Source: Patescibacteria group bacterium (lineage in GTDB: Bacteria > Patescibacteriota > WWE3 > UBA101185 > UBA10185). Taken from it: a stretch of DNA of 64,000 nucleotides. The stretch spans positions 91,316 to 155,315 of the forward strand of contig JAFGOI010000008.1 of assembly GCA_016926555.1 (NCBI GenBank), read 5' to 3'. The number at the start of each line of letters is the position of its first letter. Position 1 is the first letter of the stretch. Shown in pieces: positions 55,862 through 64,000 of this stretch. A model generated the notes under the pieces. That model was not told the origin of the DNA, made no database searches, and saw only the letters and a program-made list of their open reading frames with translations. A program made the position numbers and the translations under genes.

Positions 55862-56998
55862 TTAGTAATTTTCCGGCATCTCTTCAATAGTTGTATATAT
55901 TACAAGTTCCTCCCTGTCTCTATCAACTGTAAGTTTTATCTTGTCTCCAACACTTTTCTTGCCAACTATTGATAACAGGGATTTCTCCGATCCAAGTTCT
56001 TCGTCATCAATTTTTGTAATAATATCTCCTCTCTCAAGACCAGATTTAGATGCGGGAGAATCCGGGATAACTCTGTTAATAAATGCCCCTTCGGGGATTT
56101 TTCTTAGAGATGCTACCCCTCTTGTAATCATTGTATAGGTAACCCCAAGATATGGCTTTATTATTCTTCCCTCCGTAATAAATGTCTCTAGAATAGGCTT
56201 TAGCACATTTACCGGTATCGCAAAACTTATATTGTCGGCCCCAAATGACGTAGCAACATTAATTCCGATTACCTGCCCTGAAGAGTTAAGAAGCGGACCA
56301 CCAGAATTACCCGGATTTAGTGCCGCATCGGTTTGAATTACATTTTCGTACAATTTGGATTCACCAAAAACAGATGATGCTTTAAGCTGTCTCGCAATAC
56401 CTGAAATAACTCCAACGGTAACCGTATTTTGAAATCTCCCAAGCGCGTTCCCTATAGCAATAGCTGTCTGACCTACTTTGAGAGAATCCGAATCTCCTAA
56501 TTCTATCTCGGGTAATCCTCGTGCAGTAATTTCTAGAATAGCTAAATCACTTGAGGGATCTCTATGTATTTTTTCCACTTCATACGTAGTCCCATCTTTT
56601 GTTATAACAGAATACTCACCCGTCATATCGTCAACTACATGTGAATTGGTTACTATTAATCCATTCTTATCAACAATAAAACCAGTACCTATTCCTTCCT
56701 CTGACAATGAGGGCCCAGAAAAGAAATCAAAGCTCACTGTCTTAACAACTACCGAAACAACTGAAGGAGAAACTCTCTCTACTACATCTACAATCTTTGA
56801 CTCTTCAAATACTACTTCCGTCTTCTTAAGAGTATCCGGACCATCGTACTTTGTTTCTCTTGTAATTTCGTACTTTATTCTATTAATAACATCCGGAATC
56901 TTCTTCACAGTCAAAACAATCAACCATGGCGTCACCACAAACAAAATAGCCACAAATATGAGTAACAGTGTAATTTTGATTCTTCTACTTCTATCCAT
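55862..56998 (-). CDS. HtrA/DegP-family trypsin-like serine protease with PDZ domain, N-terminal TM anchor
   Basis: GTGFIVDKNGLIVTNSHVV (His), GNSGGPLLNSSGQVIGIN (Ser), C-terminal PDZ. Confidence 0.85.
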   Translation of the reverse strand: MDRSRRIKITLLLIFVAILFVVTPWLIVLTVKKIPDVINRIKYEITRETKYDGPDTLKKTEVVFEESKIVDVVERVSPSVVSVVVKTVSFDFFSGPSLSEEGIGTGFIVDKNGLIVTNSHVVDDMTGEYSVITKDGTTYEVEKIHRDPSSDLAILEITARGLPEIELGDSDSLKVGQTAIAIGNALGRFQNTVTVGVISGIARQLKASSVFGESKLYENVIQTDAALNPGNSGGPLLNSSGQVIGINVATSFGADNISFAIPVNVLKPILETFITEGRIIKPYLGVTYTMITRGVASLRKIPEGAFINRVIPDSPASKSGLERGDIITKIDDEELGSEKSLLSIVGKKSVGDKIKLTVDRDREELVIYTTIEEMPENY

Positions 56999-57024
56999 AC
57001 TTAAATTAATTTAACATAAATACG

Positions 57025-58242
57025 CTAAATTTCATTTGCAAGCTCAACAGCTTTATCAAGCTGGGCATCAATACCCGCCTGTACATCCTCCTTCGTCCTC
57101 TCTACAACAACATCAGGTGTAATCCCCGTCTCATGAATCCACTCTTTACCCGGTGTAAGCCACTTAGCTACTGTAATATGCAAACCTGAACCATCGCTGA
57201 AATCTCTTGGTTCCTGAATTGTTCCCTTGCCAAAGCTAGTTTCACCGATTAAAATCGCATTGTTATGGTACTTCAACGCCGCAGCTAATATTTCGGAAGC
57301 CGAAGCGCTACCTTTATCAATAAGGACAAACACAGCTGGAACTTCCACAAACAGGCCTATTCGGTCGTTGTCAAAGACAATTTGTTCGCCAGTAGCAGAT
57401 TCCTGGTATACCACCGGCTTATCCCTAAAAAACTCACCCGAAATATGAATTGCGGACTGCAAATAACCGCCGGGATTCCCTCTTAAATCTATTATTAACG
57501 CATCTAATTCTTCAACCTGTACATTTATATTCTGTATCGTCTCAGTCCAATCTTTGTTCGTCTGCTCTCCAAAACGGCTCACTCTAATATACACTGTCCC
57601 TTCACCTTTATTTTCCCAAGCTACACTTGGAACCTTTATTTTTCCTCTAACAATTGGTACTTCCCTTGGTTCATCGCTATTTGTTTGCACAGTCAAATTC
57701 ACAACCGTCCCGGAATCACCCCTTATTTTCGATACAGCGTCTGTTATAGACATTCCAAAAGTAATCTCACCCTCAATCTTTACTATTTTATCTCCCGAAA
57801 GTAGACCTGCCTCCTTTGAAGGTGACCCATCAAACGGCGACACTATTATCAGAACGCCCTCTTTCAGCCCTAATTCGGCCCCTATACCTTCATATGCGCC
57901 ATTTATACTGTTTACGACGGTTTCGTGTACTTTGGGAGGCATAAAGGATGTATAAGGATCCCCCAGTGAAGACACCATGCCGGAAATTGCTCCATATACC
58001 ATTTTTTCAGGATCGACAGGTCGAAGGAGGTAATTTTCACTAACTAAATCCCAAACTTCCCAAAATCTCTCAAACTCAATTGTCTGATCTTTTGGATACC
58101 TGTTTTTTACTGTTATTTCTGGGGGGTTCTTTCGTACTTCAAAAATATAACCTTGCTGACCGTAGTAATAACCGCCATAAAAAAATCCGACTGCTATGAG
58201 AAATGTCACAAATAATCTCTGAAATTTGGCAAATTTACTCAT
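57025..58242 (-). CDS. S41-family carboxy-terminal processing peptidase
   Basis: PDZ region, DLRGNPGGYL, catalytic GSASASEILAAALK. Confidence 0.8.
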   Translation of the reverse strand: MSKFAKFQRLFVTFLIAVGFFYGGYYYGQQGYIFEVRKNPPEITVKNRYPKDQTIEFERFWEVWDLVSENYLLRPVDPEKMVYGAISGMVSSLGDPYTSFMPPKVHETVVNSINGAYEGIGAELGLKEGVLIIVSPFDGSPSKEAGLLSGDKIVKIEGEITFGMSITDAVSKIRGDSGTVVNLTVQTNSDEPREVPIVRGKIKVPSVAWENKGEGTVYIRVSRFGEQTNKDWTETIQNINVQVEELDALIIDLRGNPGGYLQSAIHISGEFFRDKPVVYQESATGEQIVFDNDRIGLFVEVPAVFVLIDKGSASASEILAAALKYHNNAILIGETSFGKGTIQEPRDFSDGSGLHITVAKWLTPGKEWIHETGITPDVVVERTKEDVQAGIDAQLDKAVELANEI

Positions 58243-58283
58243 ATATTTTTCCTATATTCTATAAATCTAATTTATAAAGAATT

Positions 58284-59285
58284 TTACTCCAAGATGAAAA
58301 AGTTTGGGACAAAAATCTCAACGGGTTCATTAACACCTTGGAACCTAACCAATATACTAGATTCTTTAATCATGTCAACCTTGCCTATATAGCCAAAGTA
58401 TGCACCTTGGAATGTAAGAACCTGCATTTCCGTTCTCACTTTCTTTAGCACTTTGGCTGTTTTCCTATTCTTCTTCGATCTTCTTTCCTCAATCGGAATC
58501 GGAATCCTCAATAGGCCTTTATCTCCATGGAAGAAAACTAATCTTCCTATTGTCTTATTGAGCTGCGTATATATATCATCCAAAGTCGCCACTTCCCCAA
58601 AACCGGATATCAGACCTAGTTGCACGTTGTTTTGCTTTGAGTAAGTAAGAACCTCTCTCTTCCCACTACCCGCTAAAACTGCTCCCACACCTACTTCAGC
58701 AGCACGTTTTATCATATCAAGATCAATATAATCCCCTATGTATATAATCTTGCCCCCCGGTCTTGCCGAAATTGCCGAGACAAAATATTTCTCAAAGAAC
58801 TCTTTCTGATTTGGGAAAACTACAAGTTCTCCCACAAAACTATTACTAGTTGAGGCAACCATTTGAATATCTATAGTTGTTGTTCTTATTAAAACAGACG
58901 CTTCGGGAATTACTTTCTCCACTTTACCCCACACACCTGAGAGAAGAGTGTGTTTGTGGGGTTCCTCTTCAAATCTATACTCCTTTTTCCCAACTTCAGC
59001 TAAATATCCATTGTACGGTGCAGTAACTTTGCTGTCTCCTGCCTTGCCTAATACTGTCCCAAAGTAAGCAAAGGCTTTTTTAGCATTTGCTTTACCCTTT
59101 AGAACAGCCGGTTTGAAGTCCTCCGGAAGAAGTAAATATCTGTGCGAAGCAGTACAATAACCCAAATGGTCGAAGGGCCTTAATTCCTCCCCTACTGATA
59201 CTTCCAAAGTACCTTTTTCAGGCAAACTTCTCTCCATCAGCACTGAATCCTTTTCTACCACTTTATGTATGACAGGTATATACAT
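58284..59285 (-). CDS. Hypothetical protein
   Basis: 333-aa ORF, contiguous with neighbours. No motif recognised. Confidence 0.4.
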   Translation of the reverse strand: MYIPVIHKVVEKDSVLMERSLPEKGTLEVSVGEELRPFDHLGYCTASHRYLLLPEDFKPAVLKGKANAKKAFAYFGTVLGKAGDSKVTAPYNGYLAEVGKKEYRFEEEPHKHTLLSGVWGKVEKVIPEASVLIRTTTIDIQMVASTSNSFVGELVVFPNQKEFFEKYFVSAISARPGGKIIYIGDYIDLDMIKRAAEVGVGAVLAGSGKREVLTYSKQNNVQLGLISGFGEVATLDDIYTQLNKTIGRLVFFHGDKGLLRIPIPIEERRSKKNRKTAKVLKKVRTEMQVLTFQGAYFGYIGKVDMIKESSILVRFQGVNEPVEIFVPNFFILE

Positions 59286-60317
59286 TTATAAGCCCCTCAA
59301 AGCTGACTCAAATATCTTAATACTCTTATTAAACATGTTAATATCTCTGGCTAGGCTGCCCTTACTTTCCCTTGTGTCCAATATTAAACCTATATCCCCT
59401 CCAGTAATTTCCCTTTCAATGGAATCTGTTTCATGACTTTTCGCGATCAGTTTAGCCTTGACTTCTATACCTAGCGGAAGGACGTACAAACTATTTTTCT
59501 CAACCTCAAACAACTGCTTTGTGCCTACTTCTTTTTCTACCATACACTCGGTATACCCAGTTGTGCTGAGAAGCGTTCCCACGTGAGTAAACAAGTCTGA
59601 ATAATTAAGCGCGATATCTCGAGAGTATGTCTTCAAGAGTTGAGACAATATAAGCGCGTTGTTATAATCCACCCGAATATCATATATTCCCGATTTTTGC
59701 ACCATACTAAGCATGAAAATATAATTTAGCTCCTTATGTGTAAGAAACTGGGAAAATCTATCCCCGGTGAATACTAAAGGAAAATCAGGATATAATAAAC
59801 TCTCATCCTTAAAATAAACCTCGCACAGTTCCTGATCTAAATGTGCTCTTATTGATATCTCGATCGGACTTATTTGGGGATATATAGATATAGTCGAAAA
59901 AAAATCCAACACACCTGAAAAAGCCGCTAGCGCATCTTGATTGAAAGACTCGAAATCCAGTATGCGAGATAGTGTTTTATCTCTCAAGGAAACTGCCCAT
60001 AAATTAACAAACAAAGGGTTGAGTTTTTCCACCGAATTAATTAATACCGGAACAGTAGTAGACAGCTGGGGTTTGACAGATAACTTCGGCTTAGACAAAT
60101 ATCCTGCAACAATAACATCAAAATCGGTGAGTTCTTCATCCTTGTCCGCCAACACTGTGTCAAGAACCTGTTTGTTGTATACCTCTTCATCTACAAATAT
60201 TCTGTTTAACTCTAAATTGTAAGGATAGGGAAATTTCACGAATTCAAAATCATCCACATCACGATAAATTAGAATATCAACTACAGATAACCCAAAATAG
60301 GCAGCTAATATAGGCAT
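59286..60317 (-). CDS. Hypothetical protein
   Basis: 343-aa ORF immediately adjacent to the previous one. No confident motif. Confidence 0.4.
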   Translation of the reverse strand: MPILAAYFGLSVVDILIYRDVDDFEFVKFPYPYNLELNRIFVDEEVYNKQVLDTVLADKDEELTDFDVIVAGYLSKPKLSVKPQLSTTVPVLINSVEKLNPLFVNLWAVSLRDKTLSRILDFESFNQDALAAFSGVLDFFSTISIYPQISPIEISIRAHLDQELCEVYFKDESLLYPDFPLVFTGDRFSQFLTHKELNYIFMLSMVQKSGIYDIRVDYNNALILSQLLKTYSRDIALNYSDLFTHVGTLLSTTGYTECMVEKEVGTKQLFEVEKNSLYVLPLGIEVKAKLIAKSHETDSIEREITGGDIGLILDTRESKGSLARDINMFNKSIKIFESALRGL

Positions 60318-60329
60318 ATGTATATGATA

Positions 60330-60572
60330 TCAGATAGCGTGTCTGTCTGTATATGGTAGAAGACCCATATAACGAGCTTTCTTTACTTCACGTGATAACA
60401 TCCTTTGGTATCGAGCCGAAAGACCTGTTTGTTTTTGAGGAAGTATTTTCCCTCTTTCCGAGATAAAACGTCTCAGTGTAAGTACTTCCTTATAATCCGG
60501 TTCAGTTCCGGTTTTCGTAAAGTAACAAAAACTAGGTTTATTTATTTTTCTTTTAGGTCTTTTCTTCATCAT
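60330..60572 (-). CDS. rpsR: 30S ribosomal protein S18
   Basis: [49 protein letters not shown]. Confidence 0.9.
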   Translation of the reverse strand: MMKKRPKRKINKPSFCYFTKTGTEPDYKEVLTLRRFISERGKILPQKQTGLSARYQRMLSREVKKARYMGLLPYTDRHAI

Positions 60573-60599
60573 ACAGACAAAACACTATTTTACTTGATC

Positions 60600-61097
60600 T
60601 TATTTATCCTCTGCCGGTTCCTCCACATCTGTAGAAATAGCGTCGAAATCAACATCGTCAAGATCTAAACCCTCCAGATCCATACCTTCCTCTGCACTAC
60701 CGTGGGATACTTCATCATCATCACGATTAAGACCATCCATATCAACATCGTCTTCAGCATCGCCTTTTGGTGTTAACACTATCATATCGTCTATAACAAT
60801 TTCTGTTTTGTACCTCTTCTTCCCATCATCCCCCACCCAGTCTCTCGTCTGGAGCCTCCCCTCTACATAAACCTTGATCCCCTTAGTTAGCAACTGACTG
60901 CAAATCTCAGCCAACTTATTCCATGCAACAACATTGTGAAAATCTGCAGACTGTTTTCGCTCACCCTGCGATACCCATTCTCTATTTGTTGCGACAACAA
61001 AACTTGCTACTGCATTCCCCTGGGGCGTATATCTCAGCTCAGGATCCCTGGTCAAATTACCTATGAGCATTACCTTATTGAGATTCCTCGATGCCAT
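60600..61097 (-). CDS. ssb: Single-stranded DNA-binding protein
   Basis: NKVMLIGNLTRDPELRYTPQGNAVASF...FHNVVAWNKLAEI, acidic C-terminal tail. Lies between rpsF and rpsR. Confidence 0.85.
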   Translation of the reverse strand: MASRNLNKVMLIGNLTRDPELRYTPQGNAVASFVVATNREWVSQGERKQSADFHNVVAWNKLAEICSQLLTKGIKVYVEGRLQTRDWVGDDGKKRYKTEIVIDDMIVLTPKGDAEDDVDMDGLNRDDDEVSHGSAEEGMDLEGLDLDDVDFDAISTDVEEPAEDK

Positions 61098-61110
61098 AGT
61101 GTCTCCTTAA

Positions 61111-61395
61111 TCAGCTTTTCGCTGTAATTAAATACCTTACTAATCCGTCAGTTAAATTCAACTTGGATTTTAATTTTGAATTATGCTTTGCTTCAAGTTC
61201 AAACTGAATTACATCATAAAAACCTTCCCCTTTGTGATTTATTTCATAAGCAAATCTTCGTTTTCCCCAAAAATCAACTTCAACCACACTTCCACCTAAA
61301 GATATAATAAGTTCTTGGATGGTTTTTGATAAAGCTTTTGCTTTCTCTTCACCCATATCTATTTGATATATTGCCATCATTTCGTATTTGTTCAT
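61111..61395 (-). CDS. rpsF: 30S ribosomal protein S6
   Basis: MNKYEMMAIYQIDMGEE...FWGKRRFAYEINHKGEGFY. Confidence 0.85.
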   Translation of the reverse strand: MNKYEMMAIYQIDMGEEKAKALSKTIQELIISLGGSVVEVDFWGKRRFAYEINHKGEGFYDVIQFELEAKHNSKLKSKLNLTDGLVRYLITAKS

Positions 61396-61548
61396 ACAAA
61401 TCTTTTCGTAACGGGCCTGTTGTAACGGGCCTGGATCTATAAAATTATATAGTCGAGAATCCGTTATGTCTACCCTACAAATTCTATTTTCCCAAGAATT
61501 ATGTAAGGCGGAGGAATGTTACAAAATAAAAGGATTTTTTGCAAGAGC

Positions 61549-62664
61549 CTATACACTAAAGTGAAATTCAACTACATCTCCTTCTTTCATGACGTAGTCC
61601 TTACCCTCTTTCCTGATTAACCCCTTTTCTTTCGCTTGTTTGTAGCTACCTGCTTCTCTCAATTTGTCAAAATTTATAATTTCCGCCGAAATAAAACCTC
61701 TCTCAAAGTCAGAATGGATTTTTCCCGCGGCCTGTGGGGCTTTGGAGCCTTTTTTTATAGTCCAGGCTCGTACTTCTTTTGGACCCGCCGTTAAGAAAGT
61801 CTGCAAGTTTAATAAGTCATAACTATTCCTGACTATTACGTTTATGCCGCTCTCTGACATATTGTACCCTCTAAGAAAGCCTTCTTTTTCATCTTCTGGC
61901 AGCATGCTTAAATCTTCCTCAAATTTAGCACAGACGGAGATGCCCGTCTCAAGATCGTTATCGGCATTATGAACCACATCACTACTCATAATATCCTCGC
62001 TTATATTATAAACATATAGCATTGGTTTTAATGTAAGCAAATTCAAATCTTTCAGATACTTGTATTCCTCATTCGTGAATCCAATATCGGATCCTAAGAT
62101 TGTTTTATTCAGTCCATCGAGCAAAACTTGATATAAACGCTGTTTTTCCTTATTTTCTTTCGAGGGATCCCGCTTTAACTCCCTCTCAAATAACTGTAAT
62201 CTCTTTTCTAACGTAGAAATATCTGCAAGTATTAACTCAGTATTTATAGTCTTTCTATCATCTTCAGGGCTTACTGAACCTGCTCTGGCTATGTTTTCAT
62301 CGTCAAACACCCTTACAACATGTAAAATCGCGTCCACGTCCCTAATATGGCTTAAAAACGCATTTCCAAGCCCTTCTCCCTTATGAGCCCCTTCTACCAG
62401 TCCCGCAATATCATAGAACTTTACTACTGCAGGAATAATCTTCCCCGGAATTTGCCTATCCCCCACCCTTTCACCAAAATCTTTCTTGACTATGTCCGCA
62501 AGCACCTGAAGTCTATTATCGGGCACATCAACTATTCCTACGTTTGGTTCTATGGTGGCAAATGGGTAATTAGCCGCTAACGCAGCTTGACGCTTAAGTA
62601 GCGCGTTGAATAGTGTTGATTTTCCTACGTTGGGTAGTCCTACGATCCCCACAGAAATACTCAT
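61549..62664 (-). CDS. ychF: Ribosome-binding ATPase YchF (Obg-family GTPase with TGS domain)
   Basis: GIVGLPNVGKSTLFNAL. C-terminal IHSDFERGFISAEII. Confidence 0.85.
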   Translation of the reverse strand: MSISVGIVGLPNVGKSTLFNALLKRQAALAANYPFATIEPNVGIVDVPDNRLQVLADIVKKDFGERVGDRQIPGKIIPAVVKFYDIAGLVEGAHKGEGLGNAFLSHIRDVDAILHVVRVFDDENIARAGSVSPEDDRKTINTELILADISTLEKRLQLFERELKRDPSKENKEKQRLYQVLLDGLNKTILGSDIGFTNEEYKYLKDLNLLTLKPMLYVYNISEDIMSSDVVHNADNDLETGISVCAKFEEDLSMLPEDEKEGFLRGYNMSESGINVIVRNSYDLLNLQTFLTAGPKEVRAWTIKKGSKAPQAAGKIHSDFERGFISAEIINFDKLREAGSYKQAKEKGLIRKEGKDYVMKEGDVVEFHFSV

Positions 62665-62665
62665 C

Positions 62666-63694
62666 TTATTTAAGGGTGTAATAGGTTGCTCTACCCTTTC
62701 CTTCTCTTTTTATCAATCCTAATTTAATAAGCTTATCAAAATCTAAAGCTCTAGTGGCTTTAGCTCTGTTCGTTAACTTTGAATAATCCGCATCGGTTAT
62801 AAAACCGTGTTCCTCTATGTACTTCAGTATCTTTTGGTGGTGATCTTTCAGCGTAGTCTTTGGATCCACACCTACTTTCTTAAGTTCTTCTGAAACTCTC
62901 AACAACTCATCAATTGTCCCATCAGTAAAGTATTCAAGCCACTTAGTAAAATCTATATCATCTTTGATTTCATAATAGTTGCCAAATACACCAACACTCT
63001 GAAAGTATTTAGTAACATTTTTGTTGTAATAGTTTTCAAAACTGAATAGATTAAAGGTATCTAGACCCATGTTTGCCAATAATAACTTAGTAAGAAGTCT
63101 CACCGTTCTACCATTTCCATCTGCAAAGGGATGAATTATGACAAATTGCTTATGAAATAATCCTGCAAGTATTACGGAATCAATACCTTCTTCATTTTTA
63201 TTTACAAACTCAAAAAGGTCTGACATCAACGGTGCAACATCTTTAGCATCGGGGGGTAAATATACAGTTTCGCCTGTTCTAGGATCATTAACAACTACAG
63301 GAACACTCCTATAACTACCTAATTTTTCGCCAGGTAACAGATCGGCTACAACTCTCTTGTGAATATCTAACACAAGTTTGTTATCGATAGTCGTTTTCTT
63401 ACCCAATAGTTTCTGCAAATGAACTAAAGCGTCATTATAATTAAGAACTTCTCTTTCGCTGTCCCTTATATGATCTGGTTTGTTTTTAAGAATTTTTTTA
63501 ACTTCTGTTAAGGGTAAGGGGTTGCCTTCAATACTTGTTGATGAGTGAACTGATAAACTTATAGCACTTTTCTCTAGCCTCATCTTAACTGTATCCGGGA
63601 AACGTTTGTTATTCAGTTCAGTTTTTATCTTTGTAATCTGTTTTATGTTATCAAGTAATTTAGAGGTTATTGTGTATCTTGGATTAAATTCCAT
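62666..63694 (-). CDS. Fic-family protein (probable AMPylase) with N-terminal SxxxEG(N) inhibitory motif
   Basis: HPFADGNGRTVRLL Fic motif. N-terminal SSTSIEGN. C-terminal winged-helix-like tail. Confidence 0.8.
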   Translation of the reverse strand: MEFNPRYTITSKLLDNIKQITKIKTELNNKRFPDTVKMRLEKSAISLSVHSSTSIEGNPLPLTEVKKILKNKPDHIRDSEREVLNYNDALVHLQKLLGKKTTIDNKLVLDIHKRVVADLLPGEKLGSYRSVPVVVNDPRTGETVYLPPDAKDVAPLMSDLFEFVNKNEEGIDSVILAGLFHKQFVIIHPFADGNGRTVRLLTKLLLANMGLDTFNLFSFENYYNKNVTKYFQSVGVFGNYYEIKDDIDFTKWLEYFTDGTIDELLRVSEELKKVGVDPKTTLKDHHQKILKYIEEHGFITDADYSKLTNRAKATRALDFDKLIKLGLIKREGKGRATYYTLK

Positions 63695-64000
63695 AGACTA
63701 ATCTTAGGCGATAATTAGACGATTGTCAATTGCTAGTCTTTTCTATCCGGGACTTTGCTGTGGACTATTCTGCCTTTGTCATCCCTCTCAACAACCACCC
63801 TTTCCTTCAAAGGCTTTGGAAGTTTAACAGTAAAATGAAACGGAACTTTTTTAACATTATCCCCCACCTCACAACAAAATGTAAGAACATTTTGCTGAGT
63901 CATATAGGTTTCATGGAACCTATATGCCACAAAATATCCTGCGAACAAGGCTCAATTGGTATCCGCATATATTAGCGTGTTATATCCTAATTCTGCACCC

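Noticed and set aside
63733-63975. Overlapping 71-aa (minus) and 81-aa (plus) ORFs at the window edge
   Set aside because: Neither has recognisable motifs or clear start context, and the window ends here. The region is left uncalled.
1-64000. Alternative genetic code (UGA recoding as in Gracilibacteria/Absconditabacteria)
   Set aside because: ORFs are long, contiguous and tightly packed under the standard table. Conserved proteins such as gyrA, gyrB, dnaB and pilB are full length without in-frame stops.

Overview
The window is gene-dense, low-GC bacterial DNA read with the standard genetic code. Long ORFs with no sign of stop-codon recoding support that. Short housekeeping proteins and a very large type IV pilus (T4P) repertoire suggest a small-genome lineage such as CPR/Patescibacteria (Saccharibacteria-like), but I cannot establish taxonomy from sequence alone.

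Layout:
- 1..16 kb, minus strand: a minor-pilin/adhesin supercluster. It holds eight prepilin-type genes with the G|FTL(I/V)ELL motif, three of which carry a shared Cys-rich C-terminal module behind Thr-Pro linkers. A 677-aa polytopic membrane protein sits inside the cluster. A three-gene cassette (small membrane-anchored protein, ~800-aa secreted Cys-rich protein, PilX-like protein) is present twice in tandem. Two orphan CheY-like receivers follow.
- A 33-bp promoter-like element (TTGACA-N17-TTCATACT in gene sense) occurs five times with identical internal spacing in front of genes of this cluster.
- 16.9..23 kb: a PEP-utilising-family enzyme with rifampicin-phosphotransferase-like domain order, a LeuA/HMGL-like synthase convergent with a permuted LeuD-LeuC fusion, a DUF336/GlcG-like protein, and a cytoplasmic GAF histidine kinase.
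- 24.6..30.5 kb, minus strand: the core T4P machinery pilD, pilA (with a bidirectional terminator), pilC, pilT, pilB.
- Plus-strand block: holB-like, gyrB, ppaC, gyrA.
- 38.4..47.4 kb: rnhB, a XerC/D-type recombinase, an RNHCP protein, then a 660-bp AT-rich non-coding region containing a perfect DnaA box and four iteron-like 16-bp direct repeats at 23-25 bp spacing. This is followed by a YebC-family protein, a TPR protein, a VirB4/VirD4-like ATPase and an LCP-family protein.
- 47.3..63.7 kb, mostly minus strand: rluA-family, an lspA-like fragment, a membrane-domain::DksA/TraR zinc-finger fusion, efp (Arg-type loop), tRNA-Leu(CAA), dnaB, an MBL-fold hydrolase, hisS, an EamA transporter, rpmE, prfA, htrA, an S41 protease, two hypotheticals, rpsR-ssb-rpsF, ychF and a Fic protein.

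No CRISPR array, rRNA or obvious transposase was seen.
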